Positions 23,266 to 34,702 of a DNA stretch of 64,000 nucleotides are shown in pieces; positions within the stretch are counted from its first letter, which is position 1, and every line of letters begins with the position of its first letter. Both the position numbers and the translations under genes were made by a program. Source of the DNA: Tubiluchus corallicola (lineage: Eukaryota; Animalia; Priapulida); the NCBI GenBank assembly GCA_030141605.1, contig JAQGDQ010000992.1, positions 1-64,000 on the forward strand, written 5' to 3'. The notes below the pieces were generated by a model, which saw only the letters and a program-made list of their open reading frames with translations, had not been told where the DNA came from and did no database searches.

Positions 23266-24244
23266 CCACAGTCACAGCCATTACAATCAAAATCTTCAAG
23301 TTTAGCACAATAAAGTTTTTCAGGATATACGCAGTAGACTGGCAAGAGTATACATTATCAGTTTCAGCTAAAGCTTTACTTATGTACGTTTCTTGCACAA
23401 GTTAATTTTAAATGTGCTTAGCGATGCCACTTATAGCTTATAAAGGTTACCAGGTTCAGGAAAATACTGCTTTATACGATATTCTTTGGTGGGAGCCAAA
23501 TTTTTCCATCTAATTTTCATCCTGGTTGTGTCATGACAGCAGCTGCATGAAATTCTGGATGTTAAATTTGAAACACCGGCTTTTAATTTATAATATTCTT
23601 GGCAAAGTAATAATTTTAATTCTGTTTTGTGTTAAATTATTTTTGGAAACTTACTTCCAATAAATATTGAGAGGTTTTTATGTAAAATTCCATTGTGAAG
23701 TTTAAGGGGCTTGAGTCCTTGAATCTTGTTATCAAGAAAGTACAACTGAAAAAAGTATGGATTTTCAGATAAATCAAACTCCATGGTTCCAGTCAGGTAT
23801 TGATTTTTTTGGAATAAAATGTATTTGACATTTGTACTTTTTAAGGCTTCTGGATGTATGTAGGAAAGCCTCGTTGATTCAATGCGCACCTCATTCAAAC
23901 GACCATTTATAGAATTTTGTTCTAAACGAGCTAAATTGCCATATTTTATGAGCAATGTGCTGTTTGGCGTATCCTTTCCTTGAAAAAAATTGTCAGGCAA
24001 CTCATCTCCTTGGTAGCCCAATATTGAAACTTTGTATTTCCCATCATGTAGACTTCCCAAATTTTTATCTATGTTTGCAAGTCTAAGTTTTGTAGCTATT
24101 CGAGTGCAGTCTACTAAGCAAAAATCTTTTATATCTTTCGAATCTCTCCAAAATGTGCAGCCCTGAACGTGTTTTTTCACAGTAATCATTTGATAGGGAA
24201 GCAGTTACAAGAGCCGAGAAATACGTGACAAACATCCACACCAT
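22750..24244 (-). pseudogene. Disabled single-exon LRR cell-surface or secreted protein (signal peptide, LRRNT-like, LRRs, LRRCT-like, Thr-rich stalk)
   Basis: ATG 24244 MVWMFVTYFSALVTASLSNDYCEK, frameshift in an A run near 24175, then HVQGCTF...CLVDC, LRR-like LSYIHPEALK, DLSENP, LYFLDNKIQGL; stop at 23632; ISCSCC; further stops/shift; YCVYPEKL...CNGCDCG then poly-Thr. Confidence 0.6.
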
Positions 24245-26326
24245 CTTTCTGTTTCAGCAAATTTGCAAAACTTGTTTAAAATAATCTGTGACGTTTGTAT
24301 ACAATACGGAAAAGATCAATATTTGCTTTCTTCCATGAACAATCAAAACTGTTTATATTAGCAGTACATATGGCACATTTTAAGGATATATAACTTTATA
24401 AATTTCAGCTCAAGTTCACCATATCTGTTCAAAATTTCATATGGATTCCATATCTAACCACGTTTGAATAATACATTCTATAATTATTGTTTATATTATG
24501 ACGCATAATTAGAAAAGCGCTCAAGAACAACTCTGATATGTACAGTGGAATCTCCCTCTACAGACTTTGCATAACAATGTAGGTAAAATGACACAAGTAA
24601 AATGTAAAAGGTAAAATGTAAAAATGCCGTTTTTCCTGTGCCATTTTACCGTGCATCGACTATATCATCTTGTATGAGGCTATACTATCTGGTATATTAC
24701 AAACTTTATAAAAGGGCAGATTATATACTTACGCTTAAATCATGTTTAGACGTATCATATATATTAAAGGTCGTACGACACTATATCTTTTACGTTATTT
24801 TCTTTTATTGCGTGGGCGGAATTACATTTTTCTTAACTTTTAAAACAGTTCTAATGCGCTGGAAGGAACAGCACATTCATGTGTAAGCTGTATGAAAAAC
24901 AGGTGTGCCAAGTACTACTGCTGCTAGACACTATGTAGGGTTAGATGCACCCTAATAAGGGTAATAATTAACATTTCTAGCTAAATTTCATGAAAACTAT
25001 ATTCTTTAGTCTAAGTTAGCAGTAAGAAATTTCTGCAACTCCAATTTCATGGAAACTCCCGATTCTAATGGTAACCCGCCGACCGTCACATTTTGAAATA
25101 GTTCTCCAGATTCTTACATGTTACTTTAACGAAAAAAAATGCGACCGTAGTTCTGATAAAATTTCCTTTACCTTTGTCAGTAATGGAATCGCCCATCTAG
25201 CCTGCTAGATATGGCGAAAAATAAAGTGTGGGCAGCTACACGTAGAATAATGGTGCACGACTGCACAAAACTACATGCACGTCAAGTAGCAGCCAAACTG
25301 TAAACAATAAAAACACTTTTTACTTAAAGATTTAAAGCTTTTTTCTCTGACACCTCATTTGCACATTCGAAAAAGCGCCACAAAGGTTTTCCCAAGTGTC
25401 TGAAAATGAAGCGCTCTTTTTCAACGTCGTCTGAAAGGCACTTCTTAGTTTTCTGTTTTTCTTTTTACTTTTGAAACTCACAAAGTGTCAGACAGTATAC
25501 CCTGTCTGTACAAGCTCAAAAAATCCGTAAAGTCCAGGGAGCAAAATCTGCCTTTACTGCTTTTCTGTCTAAGTTCTTTTTTCGTCGATCATACCTAATA
25601 ATTCACTGTTATTTTGACAATTTTATAGTAATATTAGTAATATAGTAATATTATATTGCATTATAGTAATATTGCAAATTTATTTGATGGAGAATTAATG
25701 TCAATTGGAAATTTTATTTACGACTGTATGCATAGATTTTTGAATTAAACTGTATAGCTTTGTTAGCGGACACATAACCGCATCACTGTGATCATCATAT
25801 AGGTAAAATATTTGTTTATCACATGTGTACAAATGCTTAGTAAATAGTTTTTTTTCGCTTCATGGAGTTTACAACTAAATTTGTATATCTGTGTACATGC
25901 CTTGTGCAGCTATGTTGAGCCAAATTGTTAGCATGATCTGGAAATCATTACCCGAGCTTTGGCCGCTGATAAAACCATCGGGTATGCGTCAAGTTTGTAT
26001 TTTTCGTGTTGGAAATTTTATTTTCAGAAATAAAATATCTATCTATCTATCTATATCTACTATATAGTGTACAGTGTATCAATGTGTCTTAACTACAACC
26101 GTCATGTGAAGTATGGTTAAAGCAAAGACATCTGCAGTATCAGTTCTGTAATATCAGTTGTTGTAATGTAATGTTTGAAAACGTAAAAACGATCAATCTT
26201 TGTGAGAGCATTGTCTGAACGGCACATCCGGCAAAGGATAACGTAGCAGTGAGACATTTATAAAGGAGAAATGATCAGAAAACAAAATTAACAGCAACAA
26301 GAAAGCAGCCCAATGAGTAAAATAAT

Positions 26327-26659
26327 TGGTTGCGTTGTTTGTGTATTTGTTGTTTTGCGTTGCTAGCTGAATATTAGTGTTTCTGGGCTGGCAAGATTAT
26401 TAAGACTCAAGTTAAGAAACAACACGTTTATTAAACATTAGGCACAGTAAATATCATAACAGATAGTAATGCCAAACCCCCTCATCTGATCTGCTCTGCT
26501 CTGGTCTCTGATCTGATCTGACGCAAGGTGCGGGCATCACAAAGTTTTTACTAAACTACCATGCGCGGTAAACTTCTGCGCATCGACCGCCCACGCTAAG
26601 TTCGATTCCGAATCACTTGATCACGTGATACCACACCTTAACTGCGCTTCATGCCAACA
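26327..26659 (-). mobile_element. Putative solo LTR related to 20963-21289
   Basis: Shared blocks aggtgtgg, gacttagc/aacttagc, atgcgcagaag, ggtagttt, aataaacgtg in the same order; no TSD found. Confidence 0.4.
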
Positions 26660-26914
26660 TTTCATCAGAATTATTGGTTAGCATAATTTAACACTTTTAA
26701 CACAATTTAACAGCTCTTGTTTACTCAGAGCGAAATACCAGTGACGTCAAGCTGAAACTTTTATACGTTGTACTGCATTACTAATATTTTTCATCTGTAA
26801 AAAATAGTGCATCAAGTAAGTGTGGACAAAGCTATGATTTAGTGTGGACACTAAGATACTTCAGTTTCTCCACCACGGGGGTACCGCTTGACTTGCCCAC
26901 ACGTAAATACAGCG

Positions 26915-27000
26915 AGAGTCGCACATGCGCAGTGCCGTTGCTAACGGTACGTCACTTCCGCTTTCTCACCCGATTTTTCGTATGTCTGTGTGGCGTTTTT
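26915..27000. promoter_or_regulatory. CpG-rich motif cluster, possible promoter or enhancer
   Basis: catgcgca (NRF1-like), gttgctaacggtac (X-box-like), acgtcacttccg (CRE half-site/ETS) within 45 bp; target gene unknown. Confidence 0.3.
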
Positions 27001-27244
27001 GCCCTCATTTCATTTTGATCTGCCACAAATATGGCCGGATTATAATCTTCTGGGTCTCTCTATATTGGAACTACCCTCTAATTCGCATGGACTCATTGTA
27101 ATATGATTTACTGTACTGAGAATACTGACTTAGTTTAAAATAAACTTATTGTATTTTTTAAATAAACTAGAACAAGTACTTTATATTATTGTAAGTAAAA
27201 ACATTTTTTGAAAAAACACTATTTTAGTATTATTTGCAGACCAA

Positions 27245-27760
27245 AATTAGCACAGGAAAAAATGGCACAAGTAAAAATGGCACAGGTAAAAATAGCACAA
27301 GTAAAAATGGCACAGGATAAAATTGGAACAGCAAACAAATGGCACAAGTAAAAAGGGCACAGGTAAAAATGGCACAAGTAAAAATGGCACAGGTAAAAAT
27401 GGCACAAGTAGAAATGGCACAGAAAAAAATTGGAACAGCAAACAAATGGCACAAGTAAAAATGGCACAGGTAAAAATGGCACAAGTAAAAATGGCACAGG
27501 AAAGAATTGGAACAGCAAACAAATGGCACAAGTAAAAATGGCACAGGTAAAAATGGCACAAGTAAAAATGGCACAGGAAAAAATTGGAACAGCAAACAAA
27601 TGGCACAAGTAAAAACGGCACATGTAAAAATGGCACAAGTAAAAATGGCACAGGAAAGAATTGGAACAGCCAACAAATGACACAAGTAAAAATGGCACAG
27701 GTAAAAATGGCACAAGTAAAAATGGCAAAGGAAAAAATTGGAACAGCAAACAAATGGCAC
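27245..27760. repeat. Tandem array, 15-bp subunit in a ~77-bp higher-order unit
   Basis: (aaaaatggcacaRgt)n punctuated by aattggaacagcaaac. Confidence 0.9.
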
Positions 27761-28112
27761 GTTTAGTAATATATGTGCTTAGGGTTAGTGACCCTATAAG
27801 GTGACTTGGTGCGCATATGTCTCTCAGTTTATTGCCACCCAAATTAATGGTGAAAAAGTCAGATAAACAGTATAACTATGTGGAACATTCGCGCATCATT
27901 GGTTATTAACACGTTTAATGAACTGTTTTGTGAATCTTTTGCTAGGCTATGTGCTGACGCAATCAGTCAGAATGGTCAAGCGACCGGCGATTGTTTAGGT
28001 CGCACGAGTCTGGAAAAGAGGGAGTAGGTTCGTTTTAAAACTTTGTCGCATTTTTTTCAGTTCTTTGGTGCCTAGAACAGTGTATCTTAATTGATTGCAT
28101 TTTGTGCTTGAC

Positions 28113-28360
28113 ATGCGCTAAATACAAGTCCAACAGGGGGCAGTGTGTGTGCGCATGCGCTAAATACAAGTCCAACGGGGGCAGTGTGTGTGCGCATGCG
28201 CTAAATACAAGTCCAACAGTCTTTTAGATGTTATTTATGATTTTTTATTGTCCAAAATGGGCAATCATCGTCTCGTCCCAAAATCACTATCACATCATGA
28301 CATATTTGACTGACTGACTGACTGACTGACTGACTGACTGACTGACCGACCGACCGACTG
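28113..28360. repeat. ~42-bp unit x2.5 (28113-28219) and (GACT)n tract (28308-28361)
   Basis: catgcgctaaatacaagtccaac occurs three times. Confidence 0.85.
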
Positions 28361-29304
28361 ACATATAATGAGCGACTCGATTTCGTTTCATCTGAAGCAA
28401 ATAAAAACATTTTCTGCTAATCCAATGTCAAAAGGATAATTAACTACTATAATGAAAATGTATAATAATATTATGAAATATGAAGAAATCAAACTTACAT
28501 CTTTGCCGCATCTTACTAACTTGCTAAAGAGAACTCGACTGACAAAATTTTGTGATAAAACGACACGACGTACTGAACAAGAATGGAATGGCGTCTTTCC
28601 TATCCTGTCTGTAAAATGAGGGTAATGGCCTATGAGACAGGGCATCGCTACAAGTGGTGCACGAACCCCAGGGAATTTTCACCGTATGATTAGCGATTTG
28701 ACTTGAATAATCAACGTAAAAAATGGACTAGAAAAGTAAGCAGAAACTATCGAGACTGATAGCCAATAGAACACGGTTTCTCAATGCAGCAAAACGGGCT
28801 AGCGAGTCAGCTTTAAAGTTACTATGCCTTTAATGTGAGCCACTGAACCAGCAGAGGTTTCACAATCATGTGAAAGCACTGGAAATTAGCATAGCTTTTA
28901 TAAAAATTTTATCCAAAGCTTCGTTTCAGTACCTCATATATAGCTGGGCTAGCGTTCTAGCTCAGATTCTGCCTGTCTGTTATCACTTTTACTGTATAGC
29001 AATAGTATTTGAAATGAAGCCATATTCTTCATCAATATGAAGTTGACCTTGAGCTTCTTCTTGTCGTGCATTGTGTTAAAATGGCAGTGTTGTTAGTATT
29101 CATAATGTTTTTCAGATTTTTGGTATGTGATATGTGTGTTTATCAGAGAACAACAACATAGTGGTTACTCTAATGAATGGGTAGTCGCGTATATAGGCTT
29201 TCACGTACTAAATGTTTGCACTGCTTATTGTGAGGTGGGCTGGAAAGACACAACCTATTGCAATCATTCATGTAAGGTTGAATTGCACATTCGTGCGATT
29301 AAGA

Positions 29305-29548
29305 ATAAGATAAGATTAAGATTAACGTTAATGTTAACATTAAGGTGAAGGTTAAGGTTGAGGTTAAGGTTGAGGTTGAGGTTGAGGTTAAGAGGTGGAG
29401 GTGACGGTGACGGTGACGGTGAAGGTGAAGGTGGAGGCGAAGGTGAACGTGAAGGTGGAGGTGGAATTGAAGGTAAAGGAGAAGGCAATGGCGACGGCGA
29501 CGGCGACGGCGACGGCGAGGACGACAGTGAAAGTAAAGGTGAAGGGTG
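29305..29548. repeat. Degenerate hexamer tract (AAGGTT/GAGGTT/GACGGY)
   Basis: Direct inspection. Confidence 0.85.
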
Positions 29549-29769
29549 AGATTGTTTATTTATCTGCTTTAAGTTTTGCAGTACAAGAGAGACAATAATA
29601 TTTTCGATAATTTACAAACAAATAAGTGTTTTTTAGTAACCTACTTGGTGTTAAAAACGAAGGTCACGACTGTATGGAGTAAGGGTGGCGAAAGACCATG
29701 CGGCCCACTAAGTCAGCCACCCCTTCAACTAAGTCAGCCACCCCTATTTATAGATTTAATACCGTTTAG

Positions 29770-30333
29770 GCGTGGCCTTTTTTGCAAAATTTATACGCCT
29801 GAGATCTGAAGAAAGGGAACGGCCCGAGGGCGGTACTGGGTATGGATAGATAGCCCGTTTAGCGGTTTGTGTAGTAGGCATATTTAGAATTCGTGAGAGG
29901 GCCACGCCGTCCCGCAACGGGCATTTTCCCGGACCCAACTCGCGATTTTTTCGAAATTTTGACCAAACAGCCTGGGAAAAAATGTTCTAGCGGCACCTGG
30001 TGGGACTCTCGGAAGGAGATATATGGCTCTTTAGAAAGAGGAAGAACAGGGCTACACGATGATGTGGGCTATATTTTAGGACACGTCCACCAAAAGGAGT
30101 GCCGACGAGTTAATTAGATGTTCTAATTTCGTCAATTTTCGCTTAGAAAACTGCTGACGCAAAGCCATTGTTGTGACGTCATCCATTATACTCTGTCTAT
30201 AACCTTATAACTTTAATTCAGTAAAAGCTGCTCGCTTTGCGTTAGATAAACAAACGAGAACTATGAAGGATGTTCGCGCATTGTTGATTATAAGTGGATT
30301 TTTACGCAAAATTTTTTGCGGAGCCTTTGCTAG
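29770..30333 (+). mobile_element. Non-autonomous Helitron, 5'-truncated
   Basis: Matches 18510-19110; hairpin plus CTAG at 30330-30333 followed by T. Confidence 0.78.
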
Positions 30334-30398
30334 TCTACTAAGATTGGCAGCGGTGCCATTTTGTCACATGCGCAGCGCCGCTGCCAATCTGCAATTAA

Positions 30399-32627
30399 GC
30401 CTAACTCTAGTTTCTTATCTCATGCTCTAATCCTCAACCTAACACACCCACCAACCCAACCAACAACACACCAACCAACAACAACACACCAACCAACAAC
30501 AACACACTCTAATCCTCAACCTTAACTTAATTCTTATCTCATGCTCTAATCCCCAACCTTAACTCTAATTTCTTATTTCATGCTCTAATTCTCAACCTTA
30601 ACTCTAATTTCTTATCTCATGCTCTAATCCTCAACCTTAACTCTAATTTCTTATCTCATGCTCTAATCCTCAAGCCTAACTTTAATTTCTTATCCCATGC
30701 TCTAATCCTCAACCTTAATTCTAATTTCTTATCTCATGCTCTAATCCTCAAGCCTAACTTTAATTTCTTATCTCATGCTCTAATCCTCAACCTTAACTCT
30801 AATTTCTTATCTCATGCTCTAATCCTCAAGCCTAACTTTATTTTCTTATCCCATGCTCTAATCCTCAACCTTAATTCTAATTTCTTATCTCATGCTCTAA
30901 TCCTCAAGCCTAACTTTAATTTCTTATCTCATGCTCTAATCCTCAATCTTAATTCTAATTTCTTATCTCATGCTCTAATCCTCAACCTTAACTCTAATCT
31001 CTTATCTCATGCTCTAATTCTCAACCTTAACTCTAATTTCTTATTTCATGCTCTAATTCTCAACCTTAACTCTAATTTCTTATTTCATGCTCTAATCCTC
31101 AACCTTAACTTTAATTTCTTATCTCATGCTCTAATCCTCAACCTTAACTCTAATTTCTTATTTCATGCTCTAATTCTCAACCTTAACTCTAATTTCTTAT
31201 CTCATGCTCTAATCCTCAAGCCTAACTTTAATTTCTTATCCCATGCTCTAATCCTCAACCTTAATTCTAATTTCTTATCTCATGCTCTAATCCTCAAGCC
31301 TAACTTTAATTTCTTATCTCATGCTCTAATCCTCAACCTTAACTCTAATTTCTTATCTCATGCTCTAATCCTCAAGCCTAACTTTAATTTCTTATCTCAT
31401 GCTCTAATCCTCAATCTTAATTCTAATTTCTTATCTCATGCTCTAATCCTCAACCTTAACTCTAATCTCTTATCTCATGCTCTAATCCTCAACCTTAACT
31501 CTAATTTCTTATTTCATGCTCTAATTCTCAACCTTAACTCTAATTTCTTATTTCATGCTCTAATCCTCAACCTTAACTTTAATTTCTTATCTCATGCTCT
31601 AATCCTCAACCTTAACTCTAATTTCTTATTTCATGCTCTAATTCTCAACCTTAACTCTAATTTCTTATTTCATGCTCTAATTCTCAACCTTAACTCTAAT
31701 TTCTTATCTCATGCTCTAATCCTCAAGCCTAACTTTAATTTCTTATCCCATGCTCTAATCCTCAACCTTAATTCTAATTTCTTATCTCATGCTCTAATCC
31801 TCAACCTTAACTCTAATTTCTTATCTCATGCTCTAATCCTCAACCTTAACTCTAATTTCTGATCTCATGCTCTAATCCTCAACCTTAATTCTAATTTCTG
31901 ATCTCATGCTCTAATCCTCAACCTTAATTCTAATTTCTTATCTCATGCTCTAATCCTCAACCCAACACACCAACCAACTCTAATCCTCAACCTTAATTCT
32001 AATTTCTTATCTCATGCTCTAATCCTCAACTAACTTAATTTCTATTCATGCTCTAATCCTCAACTTAATTCTAATTTCTTATCTCATGCTCTAATCCTCA
32101 ACCTTAACTCTAATTTCTTATCTCATGCTCTAATCCTCAACCTTAATTCTAATTTCTTATCTCATGCTCTAATCCTCAACCTTAACTCTAATTTCTTATC
32201 TCATGCTCTAATCCTCAACCTTAACTATAATTTCTTATCTCATGCTCTAATCCTCAACCTTAATTCTAATTTCTTATCTCATGCTCTAATCCTCAACCTT
32301 AACTCTAATTTCTTATCTCATGCTCTAATCCTCAACCTTAACTCTAATTTCTTATCTCATGCTCTAATCCTCAACCTTAATTCTAATTTCTCATCTCATG
32401 CTCTAATCCTCAACCTTAATTCTAATTTCTTATCTCATGCTCTAATCCTCAAGCCTAACTTTAATTTCTTATCTCATGCTCTAATCCTCAACCTTAACTC
32501 TAATCTCTTATCTCATGCTCTAATCCTCAACCTTAACTCTAATTTCTCATCTCATGCTCTAATCCTCAACCTTAATTCTAATTTCTTATCTCATGCTCTA
32601 ATCCTCAACCTTAACTCTCATTTCTTG
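30399..32627. repeat. 39-bp satellite array, ~2.2 kb
   Basis: Unit cttaactctaatttcttatctcatgctctaatcctcaac; period confirmed at 32281/32320. Confidence 0.95.
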
Positions 32628-33017
32628 CAACTGATGGCGCAGCAATGCAGTTGCGCGAAGTTCGCGTGGTTCAAATGAAGTTTCCGTAGCTACGGTAACC
32701 GTTACTGATTAAAACGCGCACTACGGGTAACGGAGAAGCATGCATAACACACCTGTAATATACGAATAGGTGGCTCGATCTTTGTCCGCAGTGAAGTGTT
32801 AAGTGGTGAACAGTAGCGCGGGGTGCTTTAGCGCAGGTGAAAGTACAGGTGAACTGGAGGTTTGATATCGCAAGACAATTTTCTCATTCTAATCCGGAAA
32901 CAGTGTAATTACTATTGCAAGTAGAGTAAATGAACTGAAAAAAGTGTTCCGTTTTTGACACAATGAATAACTTGCATAACAGCATGGTGAACACAATAAA
33001 GTGATCATATCTTCACT

Positions 33018-33914
33018 ATGGTGTCTAGAATATTTCGTAGAAATCGTAGTTTAGATCTCTCTGCGCAGCTGAATCAGGAATTTTACTCTGCCAGATGGCT
33101 GGGTAAGGTGGACACTTACATCAAAAATGACACTTCTCTGGCTGTACAGAAGATCTGGGATGGTACCCCCGACTTGAAATATCTCAAGAAGGTTGAGCTG
33201 ATCCTGGATGACCAAGGATTGTGGGTGCGCGAGAAAGGTAAGATAAACTCGGATTTGGAACAATTTCACTCCATACGAATGATCAGCTTTTGCCGAGCGG
33301 AAATCAAAATAGTACCGAACATTTTCTCTTGGGTCGTCCGCAATGAGGAACAGCAGAAATTCGAGTGCCACGCGGTTTATTTCAGCGACCTGAAGATAGA
33401 GAACGCCATGATGCTAACCACCTCTTTGCAGAAAAAATTCCAGGCTCTTTATACGGACGAGAAGACGGAACACAGTCGACGCAAGTCAACGGCAGCATGG
33501 ACACACAGACAATCTCGGATTGGTGACAATTTTGAGATGCTGAGCAAACCGGACAGGGAGCGTTTGAGAAGTGCTCCATGTGCGTATTACAGACGAATTG
33601 GATCAACAAGTAGTGGAGCCGGTACTCCAGTTTACAGGAGAAGCGTATCCCATAACTCTACAGGAAACAGGAAGTTTAGACCCAAGGATCCACCGTCTGA
33701 GACATCATCCATCTCTGACGTGGACAGCGTCCTTCACAACGGCAGTATGAACTCTCTTCAGTCCAGTCCAAGCCCTGACGAGCTGATCGAAAACTTCCAG
33801 AAGCTAGACGCCCTGGTGGAAGAAGCACAAGATGTGAATGCAGATGCAGGTGATGACGTATTCATTGAAGCCAAACAGAAGCGCAATGGATACACTAATG
33901 GAATCCATCATTAG
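33018..33914 (+). CDS. FAM43: Intronless FAM43-like PTB/PID-domain adaptor protein, 298 aa
   Basis: WLG, TSLAVQKIW, ISFCRAE..VPNIFSWVVR and ECHAV align with recalled FAM43A motifs (TDLAVGKIW, VTYCVAD..LPKVFAWVYR, RCHAV); Ser-rich tail; AATAAA at ~35916. Confidence 0.85.
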   Translation: MVSRIFRRNRSLDLSAQLNQEFYSARWLGKVDTYIKNDTSLAVQKIWDGTPDLKYLKKVELILDDQGLWVREKGKINSDLEQFHSIRMISFCRAEIKIVPNIFSWVVRNEEQQKFECHAVYFSDLKIENAMMLTTSLQKKFQALYTDEKTEHSRRKSTAAWTHRQSRIGDNFEMLSKPDRERLRSAPCAYYRRIGSTSSGAGTPVYRRSVSHNSTGNRKFRPKDPPSETSSISDVDSVLHNGSMNSLQSSPSPDELIENFQKLDALVEEAQDVNADAGDDVFIEAKQKRNGYTNGIHH

Positions 33915-34464
33915 CGTTACTGCAAAGAGGAAGAAGGAAAAATCAGGAAAGAAACTGACAGAGTGAGAAATCACGCACTTCTATCCCCTATTTCTTTCTC
34001 GTTCTTAATTCTTTATTAATATACAATTCAACAATCTGCAAGCTCAAATCCAACACTCAATGGCACAGCTACATAATGAAAAGAACAAGTCACTCAGTAT
34101 GTTGGGTTTATTTTACCGTTATCACTTAGATATAACGAAGAAATTTGGAAAGAACTGCCTATAAAGCGTAAATTTAAAATATACCACCTCTGAATAGAAA
34201 TTTTTAGGCGTGGTGGTTGCGGCCGTTCACTTGAAAATCATGACTTAACTGGGGACTTCGTGAGTTTACGTAAGTTCATCGTGGCTTTCCGTAAGCGCCA
34301 GCTGCTTAAGCCAATTAAAATTTCTATATTTTACCTAATGTTCAGGAAAACGTATTGCAAAATTAGCTATTTTAATTTTTTGTAAAAACTTGTTATACTT
34401 TTGATGAAGATTGACAATGCGCTAATTTAAACTGATTTTACCAAATTCTACAGTCTTCCTCGCT

Positions 34465-34702
34465 TTCTAATGGCGCGTTCAAACTAGCGAGTTTTTTCTG
34501 TGAGAGTAAACTCGCAAGTGTGATCAGCTTACCGAATTCTCTCGGCAAGTTATTGCAAACTTTCCGAAAATTGCAACGAGTTTTCTCCGACGGTGAGCCC
34601 GCATTCACACTCTGCCAAATTCGCGACAGTTTCGTAAAGCCGTTCACACTTGCGAGTTTACTCTCGGAGAGAAAATTCGCTAGTCTAAACGTGCCATTAG
34701 AA
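34465..34702. mobile_element. Palindromic MITE, PIF/Harbinger-like
   Basis: ~60-bp TIRs tggcgcgttcaaactagcgag... / ...tcgctagtctaaacgtgcca with TAA/TTA flanks; lies in the probable FAM43-like 3'UTR. Confidence 0.75.

Noticed and set aside
27219-27842. Cys/Phe-rich repeat protein ORFs
   Set aside because: Open in several frames because of the 15-bp repeat.
30399-32627. True or interstitial telomere
   Set aside because: No exact (TTAGGG)n or (TTAGG)n runs; it is a 39-bp satellite.
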